Shown here: in pieces, positions 1-14,400 of the stretch
Numbering within the stretch: the first letter of the stretch is position 1
Layout of the letters: the number at the start of each line of letters is the position of its first letter
Made by a program: the position numbers and the translations under genes
Notes under the pieces: generated by a model
Seen by the model: the letters and a program-made list of their open reading frames with translations, nothing else
Databases searched by the model: none
Told to the model about the DNA's origin: nothing
Origin: Glaucostegus cemiculus
Taxonomy: Eukaryota
Assembly (NCBI GenBank): GCA_976551045.1
Contig: CDPCPM010000044.1
Coordinates: 2,356,001-2,420,000 of the forward strand
Length of the DNA stretch: 64,000 nt
Direction: 5' to 3'

Positions 1-1594
1 TTTAATGATGGTTGGGTAATTTTCCTAGAGAGAAAGTGAATTTCTTTTTAAGGAGATTCCTGGTGGCAGATTTGAAAACAGTTGACTGGTACTTGAAGGC
101 AGAGCACCATTTTATGTCCGCTAGTGTGAGAACCAGGAAGGTAAGTTGAGTGATCCGAACTTTATTGAGAATGGGGAAACTGGAGAGCAAGTGGTGGTTT
201 CATGAGTGAGGTGAGCATGGAAGAGACAGGAAAGAATGAGAACAAAAGTTGATAGGATTTCAAGTCTAGTGTACAATAGTGGAGTGGCTGGAGAGAACAT
301 TGTTTTATTGGGAAAGGACGACAGAAGAAGTTCCAACAGGAGCTAAATGATAGTGTCCTTTTGCAAAATACCACTACCTCCTCCTCTCACAACTCGGGAG
401 ACCTTTGCAATGGATCATATCTTGTTCTGTCTTATTCAGAATGAATACCCCTCATGCTCTGAGTTTTTACTGGAATCACCATGCAAGTGAACTGGGAAAA
501 GATATTATCCTAAACCATCTGGTTCTTCCAGGTTATAAAGAAGGCAGGAACAGAAGTAAAACTTCAATAAGGGTGAAAGTAAGCCATAGTTTATTTTAAA
601 CTCCTCAGGGCCCACTCGTTTATCATCCTTACAGTGGACCCTGAAGAAGACAGTTGTTTTTTGCATGTGGTGCACATGTAACTCATCAAAACACACAATG
701 AAGTTTACTTAACTGCTTCCATTTATGAAACAAGCTGCACTCTTTCCTCATCCCTGTGTCCCACAGCCACTCACACTTTTCTTTCTTACTGTTGCATTTT
801 GGCACAAGTGTGTGGTTTCCCCCAGTTATATTTCCTGGCTGCATTTGACATGTATTAATAGGGTGTCTACAAGGCTCAGTGACAAGCCCATGGTATTTCG
901 CAGCTGCCTCCTCAATGGAGCTGGTAGCAAGTTAGTTGTGTATCTGGAGGCTGTGAGTCCAATTCTCAAGTGGCGTGTTAAGTTGCATTTTCTCCCACAG
1001 ACACTATTTTCTCTGTTGGTTCTTTCATCCCAGAGTGAGCTACTGCCAAAATAATGTCATCAATATACAAAACAAAGAGCAAGAAATAGCACCATCAAAT
1101 GGTTCAAAGTGTGATTGCAACGTACAGAAATACAAGAATTGCTGAACAAGAAAGTACAGAGGTCTACCTAAATAGCTATTAACTTGACGACAGACCATGG
1201 CAATCATCTCTATATTATTCAAGACCTAGACAGGAGAAAAGGACAATCCCCAGTGCAGAAGGTTTTGGAATCACGTTTTATTCTTCTGAAGCATGAGCAG
1301 TCCTCCTGAATCCACAACAACAAACTCCAACCTGCTGCTGCTCTGTGCAATGTGCCCCACTCCCAGAACTGGCTTTCCCTCACCAATACCATGGCCACTT
1401 GTTGCCTGCAGCTTATTGCTAACAACCCAGTGGGGCTTAAATATGACCATGGCTCTGGCCTCACGATTTCGGTTGATGTCAACAGTCCCGCCCCCAATGC
1501 ACCAAGATTCATAAAAAGTAATGTGTGGTGAAAACATAACATTGTGGTTAATTGAGATGCATGACATTTTTGGCAGACTGATCTGTTTGTGACA

Positions 1595-1755
1595 AAAACA
1601 AACTGGAGGAACTCAGTGGGTCAGGCAGCATCTGTGGAGGCAGATGGATGCTTGATGTTTTGTATCACGTACCACTGTGATTCCAAAACCTTCTGCCACC
1701 GCTGATGTCCTCCTGCAGGTTGTTTTTTGCTCGAGATTCCAACATCTGCAGTTGT
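1595..1755. mobile_element. Penelope-derived palindromic non-autonomous element, degenerate
   Basis: ctggaggaactcagtgggtcaggcagcatctgtggag ... gattccaacatctgcagt, the terminal motif common in chondrichthyan genomes; related to 14690-14885. Confidence 0.55.
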
Positions 1756-2447
1756 AACTTTGATGTTCTTAATTATAAGGTTTTGTTGCAGGCAACAGGA
1801 CCAAACCAACTCAGTCAAGTGTTTCCTATCTTCATTTCTCAATCTAAATTGTTGGTTATTAGTTAATAAACTGGAAATGGTGCTCATTTTTGTTCTTGCA
1901 ATGTGAGAGCCATTGGCCTATCCGTAATAGTAAATATTAACTATTTATGTTTATACATTATAATGGTAAATTATAAATGAAAAGAGTAAACCATAAGTTA
2001 TTGCAACATCATATGTAAGTGGGAGTGATTTAAAGACTGGAATCTGAATGTGTCATCTTTTGAAGATGAACCGAACTGGCCAGATTCTGCTGTCTTCAAT
2101 GTTCAGGTGGTGCCAATCATTGGAGTACAATGTTCAATTAAACTTGGCAAGCATCGTTGCATTTAACTTTCAGTGCCAGCTGTTTGCATGACATGATACT
2201 TAACTCAAAGACAGAAATCTGTCCAAAGTTCACTCATTCAAACCTTAGATGAGTTTGCTTCCTGATAGCAACTGCCCAACCTCTATTGTATCTTATGCCT
2301 GGAGTGAATTTTCTGTTAGGTGTCATGATCAATATTGCAATCCAGATCCTCCTATAGTTGTATCAGTGCTTTTATGTAAGAGAGACCTGTAATATCCCTC
2401 ATGCTGTTCTTACACACACCTCTATAACTAGATTATCTGTATTCCAG

Positions 2448-2492
2448 GGTGACCGCGGAAACGATGGGGAATCGGGCCCTATGGGACCCAGG
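2448..2492 (+). CDS. COL25A1: Exon A, 45 nt, [15 protein letters not shown]
   Basis: ttccag|GGT...AGG|gtaggt; 5 Gly-X-Y triplets. Confidence 0.93.
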
Positions 2493-5400
2493 GTAGGTTG
2501 CTTTGTATTTTCCAGTATCCTTGGCTCCATTGTCATTAATTTCTCATTTGCAAATCTGAATTCACTGTGACTGTAATGATGTCCTTTCAGGGTCCACCTG
2601 GGCAGAAGGGTGAACAAGGCGTAACCGAGATCATCGACTACAATGGTAACATTCATCAAGCACTACAGGTGAGTACAGCTGCAGTAAAGCATCTACCCAC
2701 AGGAACATTTCCAAGAAGCTCTCCATCCCCATCCCGACATACCACAGGGCAACACAGCTTTAAAAATTGCTCAAAACATCTGATGCCTGACAAGCGAGAG
2801 GTTCTATGTCGCCTGAAAAGCAGCGCAGGCAGGTTTTATGTGAGACTCCCAGCAGAGAGGTTTGACCACACATGAAATGGCAGCTATAGAGTGGGCCACT
2901 CCTTCATGAGCTCTCCAGCAGGCTGTTTGAGAAGATTGGCAGTAGAGAGAGGGTTGGAGGCGGGGCAGTGTGGTGGTGAGGAGGGGGTGTGACGGGGTTG
3001 TTGTTTGGAAAAGGGATCAAGTCAAGGTCAGTCATGAAGGGATTGAGGTTGCTTAGAGGGGAGATTGGAGACAGGATCAGGTGCATTGAAGATCAGAGGC
3101 TGAGGTTGTTGGGTTGCTCGGCTGGATTAGCATCAACGTGCGCTGTAGTTTGGCTGTAGTTTGGACAAACAACTGATCAGATCAGAATACGGGGAAGGGC
3201 TGTGGATTAGTCAGATGCAGATGGGGATGCTCAAGACATCAGCAGTAAAGTGGGAGCAAGCATGAAGATAGGCACCTAAAGGAGGACTTACCTGGAAGAC
3301 AGTGGACACTTTGGATTCCCAGGCAGCGAACCTGATAAGATTAATAATATTGGCTCGAAATTAGATTATGGAGCCATATGTTTTTGTGCTCAGCTCAATG
3401 CTGATGTTAAATAAATTATGAATGAAATTTGGGGGCTTACAGCATGGTTCAGGAGGTCTGTGGTTTCTATTACAGTTTCTAGCTTATGTCTGCTGCATAA
3501 TGCACAGAGGACATTGGCCATATCCAGTGGCATCCAATGTACATAAGGACAATACTTGTGAGTTTTTGTTTCAGATTGGAATGGTTCACAACATCCAGAG
3601 GCCACTTTTTTTTCTAGAGCAGGCCATGACACCATTCCCAAACTGGAAACACCCAAACACCCGTCTATTACTCCATTTCCCATGAAATGATCATCCAATA
3701 CCCCCCTGCCAATCAACTGACCAGACCCCCTCCATATCTACCCATCCCCAACCCCCCAGATGTCCTCTGATTTCTTTTGCAGTGGGAGAGTATTCAACAG
3801 TCAGGCCTCCCTCCTGTTTCATCAATGCCTGTTACCTTGGCCCCCAGATGTTATTCACTGTCGTAGCAGCAGGCCTGTGACCAATCCGTTGTTGGTGTGC
3901 CACCTCACAAATAATAAAGGTGCTTCTGCAGATGAGTTGGAAATTCTGGGCATTTTCCTTTCTCCCACTATCAAAAGAGTACGTCCTCCTGCATCAGTGT
4001 AGTATTTTCACTCCCCACGCCTGCAATGAAATTATCAATTTTTAACCCAATTGGCTGTTTTATGCGGTTAGTCCACATCTATTAACAAATGAATGAATCA
4101 ATGGAATTGCTTCTCCTTTGGAGGTGCCTGATTGTCATTGTTCTGCCATTTACAGTGTCTTCTTTCCAAAATGTCTTGCCACTTTCACCGCCACCCACCT
4201 CACTCCTAACTGGGACAAATGATGGCCAAAACTGCACATCAGTTGACCCCACTCTGAACTCAAAGGTTCTGGAGCAGATGGCAGTATTCAATCACCCATG
4301 ACAGTGATGAGGGATTGAGGAATCTCAGCCCTTGTATCTCAGCTTGGATCTCAATTTTATTTCTGGCTCTTCTGTTTGTTTCTTTGTTCTCAGACATTTG
4401 TTGACATAAGAATTTCTTTTTGTCTCAGTGTCTTCAAAGCTTTTATTAGATTGATTTAGCTTTAAAGGCAAACTGAACTCAGAGTACAAATATTAGATTG
4501 GGACCATGAAAGACTGCAATCTTCGACTTCTTATATTCATGTGTCGTTATATGGGGTGCGTCTATCTGTACTGGTCTATTTTACTCTCCCTATAATAGCA
4601 TTTGCTGAAGAATAGTTGTATGATTATAAACTCTACTTTGTTTTCCATTGACCTTGAATCCTAGCCGTAGATATAGGTACCAGATGTGTTATTAAGGCCA
4701 GTTAGTCCTTTTTAGATTGCCTAAAACATTGAAACAGATTATCAAAGCCACATATTAATCAAATAAAATTTTGCAGTGAAGTTATTATGGATACTCCTAA
4801 GTCATTGGTTTAAAGGTCTTACATTGTGTTTTCATGTACAGGTACTGTGACAAGTTTAAAGCTCTCTGTCTATCTGTGTGGGCTGCTGCATTGTAATAAG
4901 AGTGTAGGCCAAAGTTTATAAGTACATTTTATCCTTGGAAATTAGGTTCAATGATAAGCAAGGGTAATCGAAAATTGCAAGATTATAGGGAAGTATTGAA
5001 AGAAAAATTGTAATGGTGCCCTAGCCGTCTTTCACCTGTCCAATCCACTGATTCAGAGAGGAAGGTGGTTACACTCACTTCCTCTGCATGGGCAATCTGT
5101 TACAGAAAACATCCAACTTCTGTTTCCATTAACTTGAATAGAGTTTGGCATTTTCTGTAATAGAGGGGCCATCTGCTCCGCCAATTCAATACTCAGTTGA
5201 TGACGGAGAAAATGCAAAAAAAACAATGTCATTTTGGGAAAAAAATCTTTGCAATAAATTGCAGAATACATCTGTAAACTCCTTTACGTGGATGCTCTTA
5301 CATTTCTTTCTCTTTAATTTTGGCATTCAAACAGAGGATCACCACCTTAACTGTCACGGTAATTTGATGGGTTCCTGAGGGCTAATGCATGAGCTATTGT

Positions 5401-8400
5401 GGCTTGTGGCTGTATTATTGTGAATTCAGGCTTTTGAAACTAATTGTCTGACTTGTTGAAATTTGGATTAGGGAGAGTGTTAATCCACTGTGTAGCAAAG
5501 AAGATATCTCTCATTCATAACATCCATTAATTTAAGCTTCATATAGTTAATATTAGTGAACGGCTCTTTACTCAAATTTTTCATCAGCATTTTAATGTGT
5601 TTTACCATAAACATTACAAACCTGTACCCAGAAAGTCTGTTTTGTAGTGTTTTGCTTTCATTTTGTAATAAAGGCAAGTTGCACGATTTGTAGAGGGATG
5701 TCAACGTAAAAATATTCCAACTTTTTCCATGCAAAAGTAATTCTTTTGTTCTGCATCATCAGGGTCCACCAGGGCCTCAAGGATCTCCAGGAATGCCAGG
5801 ACCAAAGGTAGGAAACACTTCGTACTTTTCCGTGATTGAGGGACAACCTTCTCAATAGTCTCACTTTAATGATACGGACTGCAACAATGGTCAGAGCAAA
5901 ATTTTGTTTCATCCTGTCAATACTAGAAAGCAAATGTTTGTTCATACACACTAATGTGAGAACCATACAAGTGGGAGATTTCCCATGGTATCTGTGCTAG
6001 TCAGGATGCTGCTAATTTTTGAAGAGTTCCATAAAACAATTTGAGGGATTGAATGTATCTTGCACAGTGCCTCTGTGATCATGTGCCTGACTGTTTAAAT
6101 GACTTTTTATTCCAGATAAACTCTATTGCATTGAGTGTTTTGATAATAAAAACAAAAAAGAGAAAAATTCCAATGAATAAGAGGTTGGGCAGCAAATGAA
6201 GGAGAAAGATATACTAACATTCAGAAGGGATCCATATTCAAAACTACCATGAAGCCTATGGTGCAACTCCTATGAAATGTGTCCTACAGAATGCAGATAC
6301 AGCTTTCAGCATCAGTTTCTAGTTACAATTTATGTATTTCTGTTTTGTAGCATTTGCATGCATTTGCATTTTTCATCAATAATAAAGCATTCCAATAATT
6401 TGATTCCAATATGTTAAGGATTAGTAAACCTCCTCATCCTAAGAGGTTCCACTGTTGCAATATTGTGCCCTGAGGACAACATTCGCTGTGGGATTGTTCT
6501 GGATTGAAGCTGATAAGACATTGCTATCATAGCAGGAGGATTTGAAAGTAATGTTTAGGAGCAGGTGCCAAGAATTAAGGAAGAAAAATGTGGCCATTTA
6601 AACTGAGCTGTTTTTTTCTTAAGATATCAATATTTATTCAATTTATAGTCAATTGCATTGTGTGGGACTGAGTTTACATGCAGGCCAGGCCATTGGAGTA
6701 GTGGATTATTTTTGCTGAAGATAGTAGAAATTTAGTTGAGTTCTTAGAACAATCTTGTATCCTTAATGGAAGCAAAATGATCAAATGTATTAATTTAAAC
6801 AATCTGCTGTGGTAGGTTGGACTATGAACTCACTACCTCCACTAGACCACTGACCCCATCACAAACCATTAACGTTAAACTCAGGTTAGATTGGGCTAGA
6901 TTCAGTTTCTGAACATATGCCTTTGATTTTACATTATGATGCCTTCTGCTGCCAATTTGAACATGGGGCAAAAACAGCTGTCATATTCAGTAGTGATCAG
7001 AGGGAATAGGAGTGCATGTGGATTTTCCTCAACATTAAAAGCTTACTGAAAATAAGGTTTAATTAGAGTGACTTACCAGAGATTAATTTGCATCCCTTTT
7101 ACTGCTACATTACAGGGAGACATGGGGAACCCTGGATCACCTGGAGCCCTGGGAATGCAGGTACTGCAACCATCTTCTGCTTAATGGTTCTTAAATAGTT
7201 CTCAATACTTGTAATATGGCCTTTAAGAATTCAGTAAGTTGCACCCTTTTCTACACTTATTGTGCTTATTTTCAGGGCCCCAAAGGCTCTAAAGGTGACA
7301 TTGGTGTCCCAGGAGATAAAGGAAGCATGGGCTTACCTGGATTATCTGTAAGTGCTTTCAATGCAGACAAAGATGTCCGGAAGAAATTTTGCAAATAGCT
7401 CACGTACTTTCAACTGATATGGAATTGTATAAGCACCCTGATAATTCATATGGCAAATGCAATGCATGAACCTTAAACCATACTTTGGAACTAGCACCTT
7501 CCTGCCTACCTATGTTTACAGAGGGCCAATAATCAAATCACTGCTAAATGTGCAGAAGTCCTGACTGGGCATTTTTTAGTAATGGCAAAAAATCAGAATA
7601 TCAGTGGTGAAAAACCGTTATTTGAATTTGAAAGGTTATAGTCATCTTAATGTAACTGCTGACAATAGGATATCCTTCCCTTTCTCTCTACCCCTCTATG
7701 CTACAAGCTAAACCCAGGGTATACTCACAACCTCCTTGAAAGGGCCAATCCAAGTGATACGTGATTTCCAGTGACTGACCAGATCACCTCTTTTTCTTTG
7801 ATTGCAGCATTTGTTTTGGCTGAGAAATCTTACTTGTAAGGATAAACTACCCCTTTCCCTTCTGGCCTGTCCAAATAGCGGTTCAGCTCCCTTCCCTTTT
7901 CCTGTCTGGTAACTATGTCAACAGATTGATAGAGTTTTTAATGTCACAAAGTCATAACTCTGAATTACTTTCCAGGGGATGAAACACAATTTCAATAGTT
8001 ACATTGGGTTATTTCACTTCAATAAGATTTCCGATGAGAATTCTGTTGAAGGCAGTTACACATTCAAAATGGGTTACGTTTTAGCTGGGGAAAATAAAAA
8101 CTTTAAAACATCTGAAACATTCCACTGTTATTGAATCAAACTGTCCCACAGTGACTTGAAATGAAATGTATAAATAGACAACTCTGCACGTGAGTATTTC
8201 TAAAAGCTTATTGTGATAAAACTCAGACACTGAACCACAACCTTACAGCAGTACTGTGAACACTATAGCTCTGTAGACAACCAAAAAACCACAGGAGGCA
8301 GAAGGTNNNNNNNNNNNNNNNNNNNNNNNNNNNNNNNNNNNNNNNNNNNNNNNNNNNNNNNNNNNNNNNNNNNNNNNNNNNNNNNNNNNNNNNNNNNNNN

Positions 8401-11400
8401 NNNNNNNNNNNNNNNNNNNNNNNNNNNNNNNNNNNNNNNNNNNNNNNNNNNNNNNAATCATTTGGTAAACTTCTGGAATTGTAGAGTACAAACAATCCCT
8501 TACTGTACAGTCACCTGAATACATCTTCCCAGCACCATTAATTTGGGTATAGTTAGCCACGCCTCAGTATTGCTGCAACACAGACAGAAAATTCCCTGGT
8601 TTTAGCTGATATCAAAGGAACAAGCACAGGAATATTTCAGTTGCCATGTCTGCTAGAATAAGGAGACAATTATCTCTTTTGACTCTACTTCTGTGATGCA
8701 GATGGAAATTCATGGTGCAAGTCCATCAGGTGAGGAAGGGATCAAGCTCAGCTGCCGCTTAAAGTTCAACAGCTAAATAAAGATCATTAATTCCGTAACT
8801 GCTTTCATAGTGAAGCAGTCAGATTATTAGTGGCAACATCCTCAATGGTATCAAAATTACATAACATAATGGTGGGACTCAGCTATTCAATCCTTCAAGC
8901 TTCCTCCACCATTTTGTTACCAAAGTGATTATTAAATGCTCAGTTATTCCATTTTTTCCATATTTCCTATTTCTGCAACAAATATCCATCTTTCTTTTAA
9001 GCATCATGATCCACTTTTTAGTTTGAGCTTCTGATCAATGCAATCATCAGTAGATTAGTTTTGTGAATTCAACTTAACCATGTAGTTCTAATTTTAATAC
9101 TATGTCCCCATATTTCAGTACTTCTGAGTTTAGGAGAGAGGTGTGCACTTGCTTGTGTTGTCATTCCTCTTCATTATTTTTGATGGCTCAGTCAAATCAT
9201 CCTTTAATTTCTTAATTTTTGTAGACAAAGCCAAATTTATAGTTTCCTATTATAGCTAAATCCCTATCCCAGGAATCATTACAGTGAATCCACTCTGAAA
9301 CTCAATCCATTCTAAGGCAGTTGATTAATTTAAAGTGGCATTTCCAAGGCTGAAGAATATTTGTGTATAACCAATGTAATATTTTTCTAGTTTTAATATT
9401 CTGAAATTCTTGTAATAAAACCCAGCATCCCATTAAAATAGCAAAATCAAGGAATATTCCATAATTAAACCAAATTCCGTTCATAAAGTGGCATGTAATC
9501 TCCGAAACAGAAGATTGTACAGTTAAGTTCCATTCAGAACTTAATGTAGACTAACACTTCAGCACAACACTGAAGAAGTGTGTAATTGTTGGAGGTTCTG
9601 CTCTTTCATGGAGAAACATTAAAATCGGCCGTACCTTCTTGTTCTGGTGTTTCAAGTGGACGTTAACGATCTTGATATCCACAAAAAGGAAACATTTTCC
9701 AACAACAAGCTACTTTTGACTAAGCTGAATATTGGGAGTTCAACTGGCCACATTAGTTCAACGTATGTTAACTCACTATTTGGTCTTAACTGTTAATTTT
9801 TGTCTCTGCAGGGTATTAATGGAGAAAAGGGAGAAAAGGGCGAGAAAGGAGATCAGGGGATGGCTGGTCCTCAAGGTTCTTCTGTAAGTCCTCCAAAATT
9901 AGGTATCCTAATCATTGTTTCATATTGTAAACCAGTGCATGTCCCTGATCTACTGTACATTGTCGGGCAGGATACTTTAACGTCGAGGAAGATGGACTTC
10001 TTTGGATGTCCTTCTATTTACAATTTAATAATTATTTGGTATTGAGACTCTTAATACTATGATTGCTTCCATACATATCTTGACAACTTAGGAAGGAAGA
10101 ACAGGATTCTTGGAGGATTGTGTAATTAAAGTAAATACAGTAAATTCCAGTAGCTACTGGTACAGTAATCACAACAGTCAATTTAATGTGAGTTCTCTGT
10201 CTGCATTGGTTCTATTCTCCAGTGTATAGTTGCTGTAGATCAGTCCCCGAACAGTCTGAAGTGATAGTCTGCAGTGTAAGAATTAAAATGACTTTGGGCT
10301 GTGGCCATAACTGAGAGAAAGAAGCTCAACGTGATGGGCCTTTTTGAAGACGTTTGGGATGAGGAAGAGATACATCTATTACCATTTTTTCTTCAGATAA
10401 TCGGCAAATGATTAACACTAAGAGACCTTGTTAACACTAAGAGATGCTAGGTGCACAGAAGTGCACCAGCACTTTAAATGCCCGACACCAGCCCGTTCAC
10501 TTCTATAACTATTTATTTATTTACCGGCCATTTTTAATTTAATCTGCGTACTAATTTAATTTTAACTTCCGTAGCTTTTAATGTCTAATGTTTTGTAATG
10601 TTTATTCTGTCAAGTGTGTATGTGTGTCTCTGTTGGTTGTTATGTTATTTAATGGGACGAGCACCTGAGGAGGACGGTATCTCGCTCCTATGCATACTAT
10701 GTATGTATATGGTTGTGACAATAAAAACTGATTCTGATTCTGATTCTGAAATGAGATACTGCAAAAGAAAGCATTCTGTATTATGATGTTCCTCCCTATT
10801 TAAATGCATTAAAAACCAAGCATTACAGGGGGCTATAATAGCCTTGCACTCTAGTACAATTTTTCTCTTAACCAGTACTCGTAGACCAACAGGTACATGG
10901 ATAGGTAAGGTTTGGACGGATATGGACCAAACACGGGCAAATGGGACTAGCTTAGCTGGGCATCTTGGTGGGCATGGACCAATTAAACTGAGGGGCCTGT
11001 TTCCATGCTACATTATTCAATGACTCTTGAATTCAACCGTTATTTTCGTTATCAATTCCTAAGCTCCAGTTTGTATGTCTGCTTCAATTCTAGTTAACTT
11101 TCTGACTCATGTATCCATCACTTATGGAAGTTACTACTGTTTTAAAAAGGAGTCATTTTTTGGACTTCATGCTCTTTGGTCAAAGCAGCTGCTTTGCTCA
11201 GATCCTCCAGCTTTGCTTCTCCCACTTCCACCACGGGACAGGGCTTAGTCTTCCTGTCTCTCCATGTTCAAATCTGTGCCCTTTGAATTTAGGACCCACA
11301 AATATGACACTGAGGGTTTTTGTCCTTTTCAATACTCATTGATTATGAAAACCTTATTGGAATTACAGAGAGAGAGCAGTAATATTAAACACTTTTATCA

Positions 11401-14400
11401 ATTGCTTATTGTATTTTTCCTTCTATTATGATCTCATTGTGAAGGCAGGTTCGAAAAGATATATCTATCATGGTTGATGCATAGAGTCCATTGGTTAGTA
11501 TACCACACCTTGTACTTAACAGAACAGTGCTTCCTCCATTCCAAATTCCTTCACTCCTTCCAAAGATATTCTCATCAGTACTGTCACAAAGGCTTCCACT
11601 GACTGAGTACCAGAAGAGCTCAAGTATCAAGAGGGTAGGTAACAGTTTTGACTGGCAGTTTGATGAGCAAATCCTCAGACTGTCAACTGAAGAAGAATCA
11701 TCAATTGTACTTTTGATTTTTTTTCCTCTTTCTGTTGGAAGAGTTCTGCAAATAGTTGGAAATGAGAACTGAGACATGAAAGGTTTGTTTTTTGTCCAGC
11801 CAAAGGAAGGTTCCAGGTGCAGATATGGGCAGTCATGTCAGGGACTGATGGTACATGAAGTGGGTTTGGTGCATTACTGTAGGTAGGTGACAGGCTCTGC
11901 TATTTTCCAAGTTGCAAGAAAAGTTCATTGAAAACTATTCTAATCATTGCTGTGGCATATAAGTTGAGCCAGATTCTTGTTTTTCAATTGATTTTATCTA
12001 ATGAGAGTCATTACCAGTCTGCATTCCAGAAGATGGGAAGATTAAAGTCCAGAATACACAACGAAGAACATTAATATTACATCCTCTAGAGCTATGTTAT
12101 TACTATATAGCCAGGTAGTAGGTGGTTTCCAGATCAAAAAGGCCATAAATTCTACCTCAGAACCTTCAAAGATTATGGATCCAAGAGAAAGTCTTGTGTA
12201 GATCTGCAATTTGTACTTTTCTCAGTTTTTTTTATAATAAAACTAAAGTAAATTGAGGTCTTTATAAAGGAAAAATCTGTGAAAAAATATATTAAAACGT
12301 GTTTATTTTGTTTTTCGAAGAACATACTTCAACAGAAATCAGAATATGTAGTGTTAATCATTAAGAGCTAAACCTCAGGATTCAATGCCTTGTTGACTTT
12401 GGCAGAAACAGGCCAACTTAAATTCAACCTCCAAGGTAAACTTGCTGAAATCTGACCAGCAAATTGACTTGGACATAAAATAAGGCTTGGTTAGGTTTCA
12501 TGCTTGAATTAAGTTGAAGGCAACACTTAATGAAGAGCAACCAATTTTAATGTGAACAATTCAACACAACTGAATCTGCCAGTTGCTATTTATGTTGGCA
12601 ATTGATTAAGAATTACTAAGCTATGAGATTTTTAACTCAAGGAAAGATAGAATGATTACTTTCAGCTGCATATATACAATCCTCAGGATGTCATTTGGAA
12701 ATAAACATTGACTGAAGTAAATATTCCCGTAGGTGGAATCAAATGTTACAGGACTGACTGGGGTTACATGAGGAAGAGGTGTTTTATTAAATTTCCCCTT
12801 TTATGAATATTTAAAACTAAGGTTCCACATTTACTGTTGCTACTTTCATTATATTACCCCCCAGTGTCTCTAGATACCTTCTAAGCCTAATTGCCCTAAT
12901 TTCCTTAGGGAAATTACTACTTGTAGATGATCTGTGGAGAAACCAGAAAGACTCTTGTGTTTCCACTTTAAAGGCCGGTCATTTTTCAGTGTCAGTTATG
13001 CCTGGCAAACTTTGATTCCAATTTACCTGAGCTAACTGTGTATTCATCCTTTTGAAATAGGCCTTTTCCATTTGACTAATTTTACCTTGGAGTGGTGTAT
13101 ATCCCTTGCCATAATATTTCTAAACTTCATTGTAGAGGAAAAACAACATCTAATAGGTGGGAACCATCAAAAAACAAAATAGTAAGAGTTCAGTTTCAGT
13201 ATGTCTCTGTAAGGATAAGAAGCAAAGATGGTAAGATTAGGGAACCTTGGTTAACAAAAGAAATTGAAAGTTTGATTAGGAAGAAGAAGGAAGGTTATTT
13301 CAGGTTTTGGAATTCTTATCAATTGAGTCCTTTGAGGTTTGCAGAGGATATAGGGGAGATCTTAAGAGGGACACGAAATAGCCCTGGCCAACAGAATTAA
13401 AGGGAATTCCAAAAACTTCTATAAATATATTAGAAGCAAGCATGTAGCTAAGGAAAGAGTAGGTGCCCTTAGGGAACAAAAGGGAAGTCCTTGCGTGGAG
13501 CCAAGGAATATGTGTGCTACTCTGCTCTTCACCAGGGTGAAGGATGGGGAGGATGGAAGGTTAGGGGAGGTGTACACTGATGGTCTGGAAAATGTGTGCA
13601 TCTGGAAAGAGAAAATATTAGAGATATTGTTGCACATTAAGGTGCATAGATCCCCAGGGCCTAATGAAATCTATCCTAGGATGTTATGAGAAGCAAGGAA
13701 GGAGATTGCTAGGGCTCTGACAGATGAGAAGATGTAATATAAACTAGAGGGCACAATTCTAAAGTGGACGCAGGAACACAGAGATCTGATGGTATATGCA
13801 CACGGTTTGTTGAAGATGGTAGGACAGCTTAAAAGCAAATAGGATCCTCTTTATAGGAAGGGGCATAGAGACAAGAAAAAGAAAGTTATGATGAATGTTT
13901 ATACATTTCTGGTTCTGCCACAATTGGCATATTGTTAACTCTAGCTTATTCTTCCTGCACTTCACATTTCTCAGCATTAAATTTCATCTGCCACCAATCT
14001 GTACCAGCCTGTCCATATCTCCACCACATCTATCACTATCCTACTCACAATTCATTTCTCCTCCGAGGTTTGTGTCATCTGCAGATTTAGAAATGGACAA
14101 CCCTTAGCCTGACCACAACCAGTTGCAATATGCTTGAATTCCCTTTTACATGCACTGCTCATCTTTTCTCATAATGTTGAGGCTTGGCTTCGCTGAAAAC
14201 TGCTCAGCTAGTGTTTTACGTCAGCCCTCCGCAATCTGTTCTGAGTGCTGCCCTCTTTGATCCGCAGCACTGAAAACCCATCTTTCGTGTCCTCCCGGCT
14301 CATCTCTATGACTCTAGAAATCAGCTTCAGAATCTCTCTTATGATTTTTAAATGCCCCCATTCACCCTACCCCCTCAGTGACCTTCTTCAGGCCCAACCC

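Noticed and set aside
1-2447. Further collagen exons upstream of exon A
   Set aside because: No Gly-X-Y segment with AG/GT boundaries found; 1-340 may be a very old L2 fragment but is too decayed to call
11406-11777. Overlapping 123-aa and 93-aa ORFs
   Set aside because: No recognisable domain or splice context; consistent with chance ORFs in an intron
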